A stretch of 49,225 bases of DNA from Methanobacteriota archaeon (GCA_005878665.1 VBLR01000151.1:1-49225), one strand, 5' to 3'; positions 15,735-25,879 are shown, counted from the stretch's first letter. Notes: generated from the sequence alone by a model not told the origin. Program-made: numbers and translations.

Positions 15735-17087
15735 GTGGACCCGATGCAGGCGATTCGAACGGAACCGGCGGCTGCGAGCGACGTGAAAATCCTCCTGGAC
15801 GTGGACGACCTGCCGCGGGCGTGGTACAACATCCTCCCGGACCTCCCCGCGCCCTTCCCCCCGTACCTCCACCCCGGCACGAAGGAGCCGGTGCCACCCC
15901 AGGCCTTCGAGCCCCTGTTCCCGAAGGAACTCATCCGCCAAGAGATGAGCCCGAATCGGGCCGAGCCGATCCCCGAAGAGCTGCGGGAGGCGTATTTCCG
16001 ACTCGGCCGACCGACCCCCCTGTACCGGGCGAAGCGCCTCGAGACCTACCTGAAGACGCCGGCCCGGATCTACTACAAGCGGGAGGACCTCTCCCCCGTC
16101 GGATCGCACAAACCGAACACCGCATTCGCCCAAGCCTACTTCGCGGCCCAAGAGGGGGTCGAAGCCCTCGCGACCGAGACCGGCGCGGGCCAATGGGGAT
16201 CCGCCCTCGCCCTCGCGACGAACTACTTCGGACTGAAGGCGAAGGTGTTCATGGTGCGCGTGTCGTACGATCAGAAGCCGTATCGGAAGTACGTCATGAA
16301 TCTGTACGGCGCCGACGTCATCCCGAGCCCGAGCGATCAGACGAACGTCGGGAGGAAGTTCCTCGCCCAAGATCCGGACCATCCGGGGTCCCTGGGCATC
16401 GCGATCTCCGAGGCAATCGAGTCCGCGGTGACCGGGAAGAACACGAAGTACTCCCTCGGAAGCGTCTTGAATCATGTCTTGATGCATCAGACCATCATCG
16501 GGCTCGAGGCCCAGAAGCAGTTCGAGCTCGCGGACGTCACCCCGGATTTCATGGTCGGTAGCGTCGGCGGCGGCTCGAACTTCGCGGGCTTCACGTATCC
16601 GATGATCGGCGAGCGCATCCACGGCCACGTCGATACGAGGTTCGTCGCCGTGGAGCCGGAATCCGTCCCCTCGATGACGCAAGGCCGTTACGAGTACGAC
16701 TTCGGGGACACGGGCGAGATGACTCCGCTCGTCAAGATGCACACGCTGGGCCATACGTTCGTCCCACCGCGCATCCACGCGGGCGGCTTGCGGTACCATG
16801 GGACCGCGGCGACGCTGAGCGTCCTGTTGGACTCGGGGCTCGTCGAGCCCCGCGCGGTGGACCAGCTCGGCACATTCCAAGCGGGGGAAATCTTTGCAAA
16901 GACGGAGGGCCTGATTCCCGCGCCGGAGACGTGCCACGCGATCCGCGGAGCGATCGATCTCGCCCTCGAGGCGAAAGACCGCAACGAGGAGACCGTGATT
17001 GCGTTCAACTACAGCGGCCACGGCTTGCTGGACCTCGAAGGCTACCGACAGTTCATGGAGGGCACCCTGAAGAGCAACGGAAAGTGA
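15735..17087 (+). CDS. trpB2: TrpB-like pyridoxal-phosphate-dependent enzyme (tryptophan synthase beta 2, TrpB2)
   Basis: 450 aa. [18 protein letters not shown] contains the PLP lysine, [12 protein letters not shown] is present, and the long N-terminal extension is typical of TrpB2. The start may be ATG 15744. Confidence 0.9.
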   Translation: MDPMQAIRTEPAAASDVKILLDVDDLPRAWYNILPDLPAPFPPYLHPGTKEPVPPQAFEPLFPKELIRQEMSPNRAEPIPEELREAYFRLGRPTPLYRAKRLETYLKTPARIYYKREDLSPVGSHKPNTAFAQAYFAAQEGVEALATETGAGQWGSALALATNYFGLKAKVFMVRVSYDQKPYRKYVMNLYGADVIPSPSDQTNVGRKFLAQDPDHPGSLGIAISEAIESAVTGKNTKYSLGSVLNHVLMHQTIIGLEAQKQFELADVTPDFMVGSVGGGSNFAGFTYPMIGERIHGHVDTRFVAVEPESVPSMTQGRYEYDFGDTGEMTPLVKMHTLGHTFVPPRIHAGGLRYHGTAATLSVLLDSGLVEPRAVDQLGTFQAGEIFAKTEGLIPAPETCHAIRGAIDLALEAKDRNEETVIAFNYSGHGLLDLEGYRQFMEGTLKSNGK

Positions 17088-17128
17088 GAGGCCTCGGGCA
17101 GGCCGCCCCGTGCCTCTTTCTCTTTTTG
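17088..17128 (+). terminator. hairpin plus T-rich tract downstream of trpB2
   Basis: GAGGC-N19-GCCTC is followed directly by TTTCTCTTTTT, immediately after the trpB2 stop. Oligo-T tracts act as archaeal terminators. Confidence 0.5.
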
Positions 17129-17216
17129 TCGCCTTGTTGGACTTCAGGGAAAGGCACCGGGCTCACGACCGCTGCGGCGCGGTCAAAGACATGAGGCATC
17201 ACCGCCATCCGCCGCC

Positions 17217-19144
17217 GTGGACGTCGGGGTGGACGTCGGCGGGACCTTCACCGACTTCGTCGGATTTCGCGGCAGCGAGGTCGTGTCGCTAAAGCTGCCG
17301 AGCACGCGAGATCCATCCGCGGCGGTCCTCGAGGGGATGCGGGCCCTTGTCGCGGCGGGGATGGCGCACGGAACCACCGTGGCGACGAACGCGATCTTGG
17401 AGCGGAAGGGCGCCCGCACCGCGTTCGTGACGACGGAGGGCTTCGAGCACCTGTTGCTCATCGGTCGTCAGAATCGGCCATCCCTCTACGACCTCCGGAT
17501 CACGCGACCGCCTCCGCCGGTTCCGAGAGAACGGTGCTTCGGCCTGCGGGAGCGCGTGGACGCGCGAGGCCGGGTCCTTCGCTCCCCGACGAAACGCGAC
17601 CTCGAGGCGGTCGCCCGGCGCGTTCGATCGAGCGGGGCCGAGTCCGTCGCGATCTCGCTCCTCTTCTCGTTCCTCGATCCGGCGCATGAGCGGCGACTCG
17701 CGAAGGCGCTGCGTGGCATGTCGGTCTCCACGAGCCACGAAGTGCTCGCCGAGTTCCGCGAGTTCGAGCGATCCTCGACGACGGCGCTCGACGCATACGT
17801 GAAGCCGCTCGTCGTTCGATATCTGCGAGGCCTGGAGCGGGCCGTCCATGGGGACTTCTACGTGATGAAGTCGTCCGGAGGCGTCGTCCCGCACAAGGCC
17901 GTTTTGCACCGGCCCGTCGACATGGTCCTGAGTGGACCCGCGGGCGGGATTGCCGCGGCGGTCGCCATCGCACGGGCGACGGGCCATGGAAACCTATTGA
18001 CGTTCGACATGGGCGGCACCAGTGCGGACTTCTCGACCATCGTTCGTGGCGCGGCCTCTTGGACAACGGAGGCGATGATCGACACGTTCCCGCTCGCCCT
18101 TCCGGTCGTCGACATCGAGTCGGTCGGAGCCGGCGGTGGCAGCATCGCTTGGATTGACGCTGGTCGATCGCTTCGCGTCGGACCGGGCAGCGCGGGCGCC
18201 GATCCGGGCCCCATCGCGTACGGCAAGGGCGGCGAATCGGTGACAGTCACCGACGCAGACTTGTTAGGAGGCGTCCTGGGGCCGACCTTGCTGGGAGGTC
18301 GCCTGCCTCTGCACGGGGACCTGGCCGCGAAAGGGATTGCTCGCCTCGCCGACTCGGTGCACCTCTCCTCCGAGGAAACGGTCCTTGGGGTGCAACGGGT
18401 CGTGCGCGCGACGATGGCGAAGGCGATGCGGATCATCCTGGCGCGGCGCGGGCTGGACCCGCGGGACTTCGCTCTCTTGGCATTCGGCGGGGCCGGCCGC
18501 ACGCGTGGTCGCTCGCGAGAGAACTCCGGATTCCCCGCGTCTTGGTCCCGTTTCTTCCCGGAGCCTTTTCCGCATACGGCATCTTGATCTCGCCGATACA
18601 GCTGGAATATAGCCGGACGATGGTTCGGCCCTTGGATCGGGCAGAGTCCGCGATCGGACATGCGGTCCAATCCTTCAGATCTCGAGCGCGGAGAGCGCTC
18701 CACGAGGAACACCACGCCGCCCGCGGGGCCGTGTTCCTGGAGAGCGTCGACCTCCGATACCGCGGACAGAGCTACGAAATCAACATCCCGCTTTCCGGCA
18801 ATCTTGCGGGCGCCTTCCGGAGGGAGCACCGCCGGCGCTACGGATACGCCTCGCGGGAGGAGCCCATCGAGCTCGTCACCGTCCGACTCATGGTCCGTGT
18901 GCCGCGCCGTGTCACCTTTCCACCGCCCCCTGCGGTCGTCTCACCGTCGATTGGACGCCGTCGGGTGCTCTTCGATGACGGATGGTCCGACGTTCCCGTG
19001 TTCGACCGGGGCTCGCTCCCCGTCGGATTCGAGGAAGAGGGGCCGGCCATCGTCGCGGAAGACCACGCCACCACGGTCGTACCCCCCGGGGCCAACTTCC
19101 GGATTCAGCCTCGCGGGCTGATCGAGATCGAGGTGGCTCCGTGA
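17217..19144 (+). pseudogene. hyuA: hydantoinase/oxoprolinase A subunit (HyuA family) split by a 1-nt frameshift (fragments 17217..18587 and 18542..19144)
   Basis: The N-terminus VDVGVDVGGTFTDFV and the family-typical FGGAG motif occur at about 18485-18496. The frame is then lost, and the downstream frame continues PHAWSLARELRIPRVLVPFLPGAFSAYGIL, which is the expected continuation. Confidence 0.75.
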
Positions 19145-20715
19145 ACCCGGCCGATCTTGAGATTTTCCAGACGGCCTTGTCGTTCGTCCCGGAAGAAATG
19201 GGAGTCGCCCTTCGCCGCACGGCCTACTCGCCGAACATCAAGGAACGGCTGGACGCGAGCTGTGCCCTGTTCGACGTGGAGGGCCGCATCATCTGTCAGG
19301 CGGAGCACATCCCGGTCCACCTCGGTTCCATGCCGGTCGCCGTCGAGGCGGCCATGCGAGACTTCCCGGGCACCCTCCGCGATGGCGATCAAATCATCCT
19401 GAACGACCCGTACCGGGGCGGCACGCACCTCCCGGACGTCACGATGATCCGGCCGGTGTTCGTGCGCCAGACGGTCATCGGATTCGCGGTGAATCGAGCC
19501 CACCACGCGGACATCGGTGGAACGGTGGTCGGTTCGATGCCTGCCACCGCAATGCGTCTCGAGGACGAAGGCCTCGTCTTGGAGCCGCAGAAGATGATGG
19601 ACCGCGGACACGAGCGGCGGGCCGTCCTGGAGAGATTTCGTCAGGAGACATGGAACCCAGCCGAGCGGCTCGGAGACCTCCGAGCCCAGGTCGCCGCGAA
19701 CGAGCTCGGCGCTCGGCGTCTCGTCGAAGTCGTCCTACGAATCGGGGTCACGGGTTTCCGAGGCTGGGTCGACGAGCTCCTCGATTACGGAGAGCGGAGG
19801 GTGCGCGCCGCGATCGGCGAGCTCCCTCGCGGGACGTGGGCTGCGGAAGATTTCCTGGAAGGGGCGGCGCCCGAGGAACCCGCGCGAATCCGGATCCGCG
19901 CGGAGGTCACAATTGGCGGTTCCGGGATCGCCGTGGACTTCGCGGGAACCGATCGTCAGGTCCCGGGGAATCTGAACGCACCACTCGCCGTGACGCTGAG
20001 TGCGTCCTCCTATGTGGTGCGGTGCCTGACCGACCCCGACGCACCGCGAAACGCCGGCGCGCTCCGACCCCTCCGCGTGCTGGCGAGGGAGGGGAGCCTC
20101 GTCTCGCCACGCCCTCCGGCCGCGGTCGCCGCCGGGAATGTCGAGACCTCGCAGCGAATCGTCGATGTCCTGTTCCTCGCGCTCTCGGAGCCCCTCGCCG
20201 ACGCGGTCCCCGCCCAAAGCCAAGGCACGATGAACAATCTGACGATCGGCGGATCCGATCCTCGGCCGTTCTCGTACTACGAGACCATCGCAGGTGGCGA
20301 GGGCGCGCTCCCGTACCGGCCCGGAATGTCGGGAGTCCACACCCACATGACGAACACCCGCAACACGCCGGTCGAAGCCCTCGAGTTCGCGTACCCGCTC
20401 CGGATCGAGGCGTACCGACTCATCCCCGGCACCGGCGGGCGAGGCCGGCATTCGGGAGGCGATGGCATTCGCCGCTCCGTTCGATTCCTCGCCCGCGCCG
20501 GTACCGCGTCGATCCTGTCGGAGCGCCGTGCCCTTCGGCCGAAGGGACTCGAGGGCGGCGAGGATGGCCGCCCGGGACGGAACCTCCTCATCCGAAACGG
20601 ACGTCGTCGCGGACTCGCCGCCAAAGTGACGGTCGAACTCCGCCGCGATGACCTCCTCGTGGTCGAGACACCGGGAGGCGGAGGGTGGGGGCCGCCGGAG
20701 CACCGACGCCGTTGA
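19141..20715 (+). CDS. hyuB: hydantoinase B/oxoprolinase family protein (HyuB)
   Basis: [45 protein letters not shown]...[11 protein letters not shown] 19141 overlaps the hyuA stop (GTGA). The track start at 18982 lies inside hyuA. Confidence 0.9.
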   Translation: MNPADLEIFQTALSFVPEEMGVALRRTAYSPNIKERLDASCALFDVEGRIICQAEHIPVHLGSMPVAVEAAMRDFPGTLRDGDQIILNDPYRGGTHLPDVTMIRPVFVRQTVIGFAVNRAHHADIGGTVVGSMPATAMRLEDEGLVLEPQKMMDRGHERRAVLERFRQETWNPAERLGDLRAQVAANELGARRLVEVVLRIGVTGFRGWVDELLDYGERRVRAAIGELPRGTWAAEDFLEGAAPEEPARIRIRAEVTIGGSGIAVDFAGTDRQVPGNLNAPLAVTLSASSYVVRCLTDPDAPRNAGALRPLRVLAREGSLVSPRPPAAVAAGNVETSQRIVDVLFLALSEPLADAVPAQSQGTMNNLTIGGSDPRPFSYYETIAGGEGALPYRPGMSGVHTHMTNTRNTPVEALEFAYPLRIEAYRLIPGTGGRGRHSGGDGIRRSVRFLARAGTASILSERRALRPKGLEGGEDGRPGRNLLIRNGRRRGLAAKVTVELRRDDLLVVETPGGGGWGPPEHRRR

Positions 20716-20769
20716 GTGTAGCCTACGTGCACCGGAGAGGTTGACTCGAACGCGGAAGACTCCTCCGTC

Positions 20770-22101
20770 GTGACACCGCTCGGTCTCGTATTGGGTTTCT
20801 TCATCGTGACGATGCTCGGTCTCCTCGCGGGCGCTCTGACGGGCTTGTCACCCGGACTTCACGTGAACAATGTGGCGGCCCTCGTGCTCGCGACCCAGGC
20901 TGCGTGGACGGGGTTCCTTGCCGCGCTGGTCCCGGACGTTTCCTCCGAGCCGGAGACGATCGGCCTCTTGCTCTCGTGTTTCCTCCTCGCGACGGCCGGG
21001 AGCCACGCGGTCTTCGACTTCATTCCGGCCGTCTTCTTGGGCGCGCCGACGGAAGACACGGCGCTCGCCACGCTCCCCGGGCACCGTCTCCTCCTGGTGG
21101 GCCAGGGCGCGAAAGCGGTGGCCTTCGCCGCTCGCGGGGCACTGTTGGGAACCGCCTTCGCGGTGGCCGCGCTGGTCCCGCTCCGCTTGCTCCTCGCCGA
21201 CCCGATCGGTCTCGCGGACCACTTCCGACCGTGGACGCCGATCTTCCTGGTGTGCGTTCTGGGCGCGGTCCTCGCGTCCGAATGGCGCGGACGAGGACGC
21301 GTCCGCCGAGTGCTGCGCGCGGTCTGGGTCCAGGCCTTGGCGGCCGGTCTCGGGATCGCGGTCCTCCGCGGGCCATCGCTCGTCGATCCGGATGCGGTCC
21401 TGTTCCCGCTATTCTCGGGTCTCTTCGGGATTCCGAGCCTGATCGTCGGACTGCGTGCCCGACCCGGCTCGATTCCGTACCAACGGCTCGAGCCCCTTCG
21501 GGGTCTTTCGAGGGAGGACGCGCGAAGTGCGCTCCGCGGCACGATCGCGGGGGCCAGCGTATCGTGGCTTCCTGGGCTCAGTGGCGGAGCGGCGGCGACG
21601 CTGGCCTCGGTCGGTACGCGCAGGACCGTCGGTCCGAGTCAGTTCATGGTCGTCTTGGGCGCGGTCTCCACGTCCACGGCGCTCCTCAGCGTCGCCGTCC
21701 TGTTCATCATCCACCGCGCTCGGAGCGGGGCGGCGGCCGCCGTCCGCGGGCTCGCCGGAGATCTCGCTCCGTGGCCCCATGCATGGGCGGCGCCGGCGGT
21801 GCTCTTTCTCCTGGTGATGTCCGCGGTCCTCGCCACCGCGATCGCCGCTCCCCTGGCGGCACGTATCGGCCGCGGTGTGGCGAAGCGCTGGTCGAGGTCG
21901 AACCCGCGCCGGATCGCGGCCCTGTCCCTGCTCGCGGTCTTCGTCCTGTTGGCGGCGGCCACGGGCCCGGTCGGGATCGCCTTGGCGGCGCTCTCCACGA
22001 TCGTCGGCCTCGTGCCGGTCGCGCTCCGGGTGCGCCGGGTGCACCTGATGGCGTCGCTCCTCATCCCGGTCCTGCTGTCGTACATCGGTCCGGGGGCTTG
22101 A
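20770..22101 (+). CDS. polytopic membrane protein, TctA-like (DUF112) transporter family (tentative)
   Basis: 443 aa and at least 10 predicted TM helices. The N-terminal LTGLSPGLHVNN motif resembles archaeal DUF112/TctA-type proteins. Confidence 0.55.
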   Translation: MTPLGLVLGFFIVTMLGLLAGALTGLSPGLHVNNVAALVLATQAAWTGFLAALVPDVSSEPETIGLLLSCFLLATAGSHAVFDFIPAVFLGAPTEDTALATLPGHRLLLVGQGAKAVAFAARGALLGTAFAVAALVPLRLLLADPIGLADHFRPWTPIFLVCVLGAVLASEWRGRGRVRRVLRAVWVQALAAGLGIAVLRGPSLVDPDAVLFPLFSGLFGIPSLIVGLRARPGSIPYQRLEPLRGLSREDARSALRGTIAGASVSWLPGLSGGAAATLASVGTRRTVGPSQFMVVLGAVSTSTALLSVAVLFIIHRARSGAAAAVRGLAGDLAPWPHAWAAPAVLFLLVMSAVLATAIAAPLAARIGRGVAKRWSRSNPRRIAALSLLAVFVLLAAATGPVGIALAALSTIVGLVPVALRVRRVHLMASLLIPVLLSYIGPGA

Positions 22102-22129
22102 GGAAAGGTAAAGACCTCGATGCCGCATC

Positions 22130-22978
22130 GTGCATCCTGGCGCAGGCTCCTCGAGGCACACATTGCACGCGGGATCCCCGAACGTGCTCGACAAACTCTC
22201 CTTCGTCCTCGCGAGCCGGCAGAGGGAGAAAGTTCTCGCGGCCGTCATCCCGGGCCCGCAGACGCCGGTTCAAATCGCGAAGCGGACGGGCCTTCGCCTC
22301 CCCCACGTGAGCCGGACGCTCGGGCAGCTCGTGCGAGCCGAGCTGGCGCAGCGCGTCGGCGGGGAACGCCGCGGGAAACTGTACGCGGCTTCGAGGGTCG
22401 GGCTGGCGGTGTTCGGGGAGCTCTCCGAGGCCCGCGGTGACCGACTGGTCGCACCCATGATTCGTGGCAGCCACTTTCGGAACTACCATCATTGGATTGC
22501 CGTCCATCACGGTCGGGCCGCAGCCGACAAGACTCTCATCGAGGCCGGCGTGGATCCCGCGCTCATCCATGCGGACCGCTGGTATCCGCTGCGGTCCGCG
22601 CTGGACGTCCTTGAACATGTGGAAACGCGGTTCGGGGACGGAACGTATGAAACGGTCCGCCGGATGATGAGGGACGAGGCGATCAACTTCACTTCGCTCC
22701 GACGCTTCGTCAAGCGCGTGATTCCCTTCCCGATCCTGCTGGAACTCTCGCCGAACTCGTACGCGCGCGAGTTCAATCACGGCCGTCTCGAAGTCGATGT
22801 CGAAGACCATCGGGCGGTCTTTCGAAACTACGATTGGATGAGCAGTCCCGCCCGATGCGCGGCGTGGCTCGGGACCTACGAAGGTTCCCTCGCCATGCTC
22901 GGGATTGCCGGAACCGTCACGAAGATCGCGTGCATCCTCCGCGGCGACCCCTACTGCGGCTACCGGATCGACTGGTGA
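22130..22978 (+). CDS. winged-HTH transcriptional regulator with C-terminal V4R-like ligand-binding domain
   Basis: The N-terminal ArsR/MarR-like wHTH is REKVLAAVIPGPQTPVQIAKRTGLRLPHVSRTLGQLVRAELAQR. The C-terminus CAAWLGTYEGSLAMLG...ACILRGDPYCGYRIDW fits the V4R Cys pattern. The exact start is uncertain. Confidence 0.6.
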   Translation: MHPGAGSSRHTLHAGSPNVLDKLSFVLASRQREKVLAAVIPGPQTPVQIAKRTGLRLPHVSRTLGQLVRAELAQRVGGERRGKLYAASRVGLAVFGELSEARGDRLVAPMIRGSHFRNYHHWIAVHHGRAAADKTLIEAGVDPALIHADRWYPLRSALDVLEHVETRFGDGTYETVRRMMRDEAINFTSLRRFVKRVIPFPILLELSPNSYAREFNHGRLEVDVEDHRAVFRNYDWMSSPARCAAWLGTYEGSLAMLGIAGTVTKIACILRGDPYCGYRIDW

Positions 22979-23166
22979 GCGGGACCGCCGGCAATGAGGA
23001 GCTCTTGGAAAAAAAGAACATCGTCTGGTAACTAACTGGTAATTATGCATTATCTGCTCCACCGCGCTTGCGCATGGAGGCAGGAGTCCAGGGGGAACGA
23101 AATCCTCGTTTGGAGGGATGTCTGCCTGTGCCCGTCCCCGCGGGGAGTCGTGGACGGGTCCCTTTC

Positions 23167-23715
23167 TTACAAGTCCTCGTGGTTCTCGCGGGTCCCGTAC
23201 GGCGTCGAGTACTTGTGCGTCTCCCGGATCCGTTCGACACCGTCGATCTCTTTGATGTACTCCGCGACTACCGCAGGCACCAGGGATTCCCAGTCGCCGC
23301 CTTTGAGCATCCGTTGGCGGACGACGGTCCCGGAGAGCCGCTCGCGGTCCACGAGCGGAGGAGACGTAACCTTGAGACCGTGCTCCCGGAACAGCCTTAC
23401 GACGAGATCCGAGTTCGTATACACGATATCAAACCGAGGCACGAGGGACGTCACGTGGCTGACCCACACGCTGTGCACGTGGGTGTCCGGAATCGGGACG
23501 ATGTGGTAGTTGTGGATCCCCTCCGCGTCGAGGGCCCGCTTAATCATCTCGTATCGTTCGCCCGCGGTGAACGGATTCTCCCCGGTGTGACTGTATTGCG
23601 CGGAGCCGATGCCGACGATGATCTCCTCGTTCGATTCGAGGATCCGCTTGACCGTCGCGAGGTGACCGCGATGGAACGGCTGGAAACGGCCGATGAAGAA
23701 CGCGCGGCCGCTCAT
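23167..23715 (-). CDS. nadM: nicotinamide-nucleotide adenylyltransferase (archaeal NMNAT)
   Basis: MSGRAFFIGRFQPFHRGHLATVKRIL carries the (H/T)xGH nucleotidyltransferase motif, and the ~180-aa length is typical of archaeal NMNAT. ATG 23715 overlaps the stop of the upstream mini-ORF (ATGA). Confidence 0.9.
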   Translation of the reverse strand: MSGRAFFIGRFQPFHRGHLATVKRILESNEEIIVGIGSAQYSHTGENPFTAGERYEMIKRALDAEGIHNYHIVPIPDTHVHSVWVSHVTSLVPRFDIVYTNSDLVVRLFREHGLKVTSPPLVDRERLSGTVVRQRMLKGGDWESLVPAVVAEYIKEIDGVERIRETHKYSTPYGTRENHEDL

Positions 23716-23867
23716 TCGTCGTCCTCTGCCAGGAAGTGATCGATGTAGGGGCATTCGAGCGTCAGGAACTTCCGGCAATGGACGCACAGGCCGTCGTCGT
23801 CAGCGGGCGAGAGGGCCGGCCCGGACTCATAGCACGGCATCGGTTCGGAGAACTCGGAGGGATCCAT
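23712..23867 (-). CDS. unannotated 51-aa acidic Cys4 mini-protein, translationally coupled to NMNAT
   Basis: MDPSEFSEPMPCYESGPALSPADDDGLCVHCRKFLTLECPYIDHFLAEDDE. ATG start, good GC3, stop overlapping the NMNAT start. It is below the 60-aa cutoff of the ORF track. Confidence 0.45.
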   Translation of the reverse strand: MDPSEFSEPMPCYESGPALSPADDDGLCVHCRKFLTLECPYIDHFLAEDDE

Positions 23868-23893
23868 CCGACTCCCCCGTCTCTCCGGAAAAC

Positions 23894-25879
23894 TCAGTGG
23901 GGCACGGCGGCCGGGCCGGGCTTGTCCGGCGTGATCTTCGGGACCAAGGCCACGAGTTTGCTAATGAGCCCGGATTTCTTGGGACCCACGAGCGCCTGCT
24001 CGAGGACCTCGCTCAGCGTGTCCACCGGAACGATCTCGATCTTCCCCTGGTAGCGGTCCTCCAGCAGGACGTCCTTCAGGTTCGAGCGGGGAATCACGAC
24101 CTTCAGAAGGCCGAGTTCCGCCGCGGCTTCGATCTTCGCGGTCACGCCGCCGACCGGGAGGACCTGTCCGCGCACGCTCAGCGAGCCCGTCATCGCGACG
24201 GTCTGGTTGACGGGAACCTCTTCGAGGGCGCTGATCACGGCGGTGGCGACGGAGATGGACGCGCTGTCGCCCTCCGTGCCTTCCCGGGATCCGACGAACT
24301 GAACGTGGATGTCGTGGTTCGAGATGTCTTCGCCCGTGTACTTCTTGATCAGGGCCGAGACGTTCTCTACCGCCTCTTTCGCGATCTCCCCGAGGCGACC
24401 GGTCGCGATGATTCGGCCTCCCTGTTTCGCCTGCGCGGGGGTCACCTCGGCGGCGATGGGCAAGACAATGCCGCTGAACTCCGCGATGGAGTTGTCGCCG
24501 ACGAGGACGGCAAGCCCGTTCACCATGCCAACGATGGCGCCTTCCGTGATGAACGTCTGGTACTCCTTGCCGCGCTCGATCATTCGGTCCGCGACCTGCT
24601 GTTCGAGGGACCGCGCGATTCGTTTCGCGTTCAGGACATGCTTCGCGGTGACGAGGGGCGTGGACTCTTCTTGGGCGATATCACCCGCGACCCGGATCAG
24701 GCCACCGAGCTCGCGCAACCGCAAGGTCAGTTGGCCGCGGCGGCCGGCCCTCCGCTGCGCCTCCCGCAGAATCTCGAGGACCGCGGTGCGGTCGAAGTGC
24801 GGGATCTTCCGGTCCTTCGCGACTTCCTGGGCGACAAACCGCACGAGCTTGAGCCGGTTCTCGTCCGAGTCGGGCATCGTGCTCTTCATGTAAATCTCAT
24901 AACCGTATCCCCGAATCCGGGAGCGGAGGGCGGGATGCATCCCCTGAATCGCGTCGAGGTTTCCGGCGGCGACCAGGATGAAGTCGCATGGAACGGCCTC
25001 GGTCTTGACCATTGCCCCGGAGGACCGCTCGCTCTGGCCCACGATCGAGAATTTCTTCTCCTGCATCGCGGTCAGGAGGCTCTGCTGGCTCTCCATGCGG
25101 AGGACGTTGATCTCGTCGACGAACAGTACGCCTTTGTGGGCCTTGTGAATCGCACCGGATTCGACGCGCTCATGGGCCGGCGTCTCGAGCCCGCCACTCT
25201 GGAACGGGTCGTGCTTGACGTCCCCAAGAAGCGCGCCCGCATGGCTCCCCGTCGCATCGACGAACGGGGGCATCTCGTCGGGCGTGTGACTCACGAGGAG
25301 CTTCGGCACCATCAGGTTCTCGTGCCCTCGGCCCGTGTATCGAGTCGCGATGTAGATGATCGCCGCCACGAGGATGCCGAACAGGATGATGTTCGGCGCG
25401 TCGGGACGGAACTCGGGTGTCGGCGAGCCCCATTGATACGAGAGGATCACGCTCAGACCGATGATGAAGAAGACGATCGTCATGACCATGGAAGCTTTCT
25501 GTTCCCGGCGTTGCATCGCCTCCGCCTTCTGCGCGTTGACGATTTCGCGGCCTTTCCCGGCGGGCACGACGCGAATCTTCGGCTCGTTTGGATCTTCCGG
25601 GTTGTGGTAGACAATGATGTCTTGCAGGTCGTCTCGGGGCAGGAGTTCCGTCATCGAACGGGCTAACATCGACTTGCCCGTGCCGGGGTCGCCGATGAGC
25701 ATCACGTGGCGCTTCTGTTCCGAGGCTTTCCGGATGACCTCGACGGCCCGCTCCTGGCCGATGACCTGATCGACGAGCCTCTCGGGGATCTTGACTTCCG
25801 CTGTGGACCGGAAGTCGACCTTGTTAATCCACGTATCCACAGGGGGGAGCTCTTCGGGCTCTCCCACGGTCTCCACCAT
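23894..25879 (-). CDS. lonB: archaeal membrane-bound ATP-dependent Lon protease (LonB)
   Basis: 661 aa. Walker A is GDPGTGKSMLA. Two TM helices are inserted in the AAA+ module (MVMTIVFFIIGLSVILSY, IILFGILVAAIIYIATRY). The C-terminal Lon protease domain contains MTGSLSVRGQVLPVGGVTAKIEAA. Confidence 0.95.
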   Translation of the reverse strand: MVETVGEPEELPPVDTWINKVDFRSTAEVKIPERLVDQVIGQERAVEVIRKASEQKRHVMLIGDPGTGKSMLARSMTELLPRDDLQDIIVYHNPEDPNEPKIRVVPAGKGREIVNAQKAEAMQRREQKASMVMTIVFFIIGLSVILSYQWGSPTPEFRPDAPNIILFGILVAAIIYIATRYTGRGHENLMVPKLLVSHTPDEMPPFVDATGSHAGALLGDVKHDPFQSGGLETPAHERVESGAIHKAHKGVLFVDEINVLRMESQQSLLTAMQEKKFSIVGQSERSSGAMVKTEAVPCDFILVAAGNLDAIQGMHPALRSRIRGYGYEIYMKSTMPDSDENRLKLVRFVAQEVAKDRKIPHFDRTAVLEILREAQRRAGRRGQLTLRLRELGGLIRVAGDIAQEESTPLVTAKHVLNAKRIARSLEQQVADRMIERGKEYQTFITEGAIVGMVNGLAVLVGDNSIAEFSGIVLPIAAEVTPAQAKQGGRIIATGRLGEIAKEAVENVSALIKKYTGEDISNHDIHVQFVGSREGTEGDSASISVATAVISALEEVPVNQTVAMTGSLSVRGQVLPVGGVTAKIEAAAELGLLKVVIPRSNLKDVLLEDRYQGKIEIVPVDTLSEVLEQALVGPKKSGLISKLVALVPKITPDKPGPAAVPH

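Noticed and set aside
15684-17021. 445-aa minus-strand ORF overlapping trpB2
   Set aside because: It is antisense to a confidently identified TrpB2 gene, has an Arg-rich low-complexity translation, and lies in the frame expected for the GC-rich antisense artefact.
18491-18500. The idea that the GGCCGGCC-type palindromes at the hyuA (18491) and permease (about 45071) frameshifts mark a systematic motif-specific (for example methylation-linked) basecalling error
   Set aside because: The same octamer occurs inside eno (about 1719-1726, ...DQAGLD...) and in the 51-aa mini-ORF region (about 23814-23821) without frame disruption. The MEMO lesions are in different contexts. The window does not support the idea; a genome-wide test would be needed.
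22979-23166. Box C/D or H/ACA guide sRNA in the convergent spacer
   Set aside because: No RUGAUGA/CUGA pair with proper spacing occurs on either strand. No pseudouridylation-pocket-plus-ACA geometry could be built. The region is retained only as an unassigned structured region.
23693-25666. 657-aa plus-strand ORF overlapping lonB
   Set aside because: It is antisense to LonB, which has Walker A, TM hairpin and protease domain motifs. Its translation is dominated by R/D/G/L with no recognisable domain.
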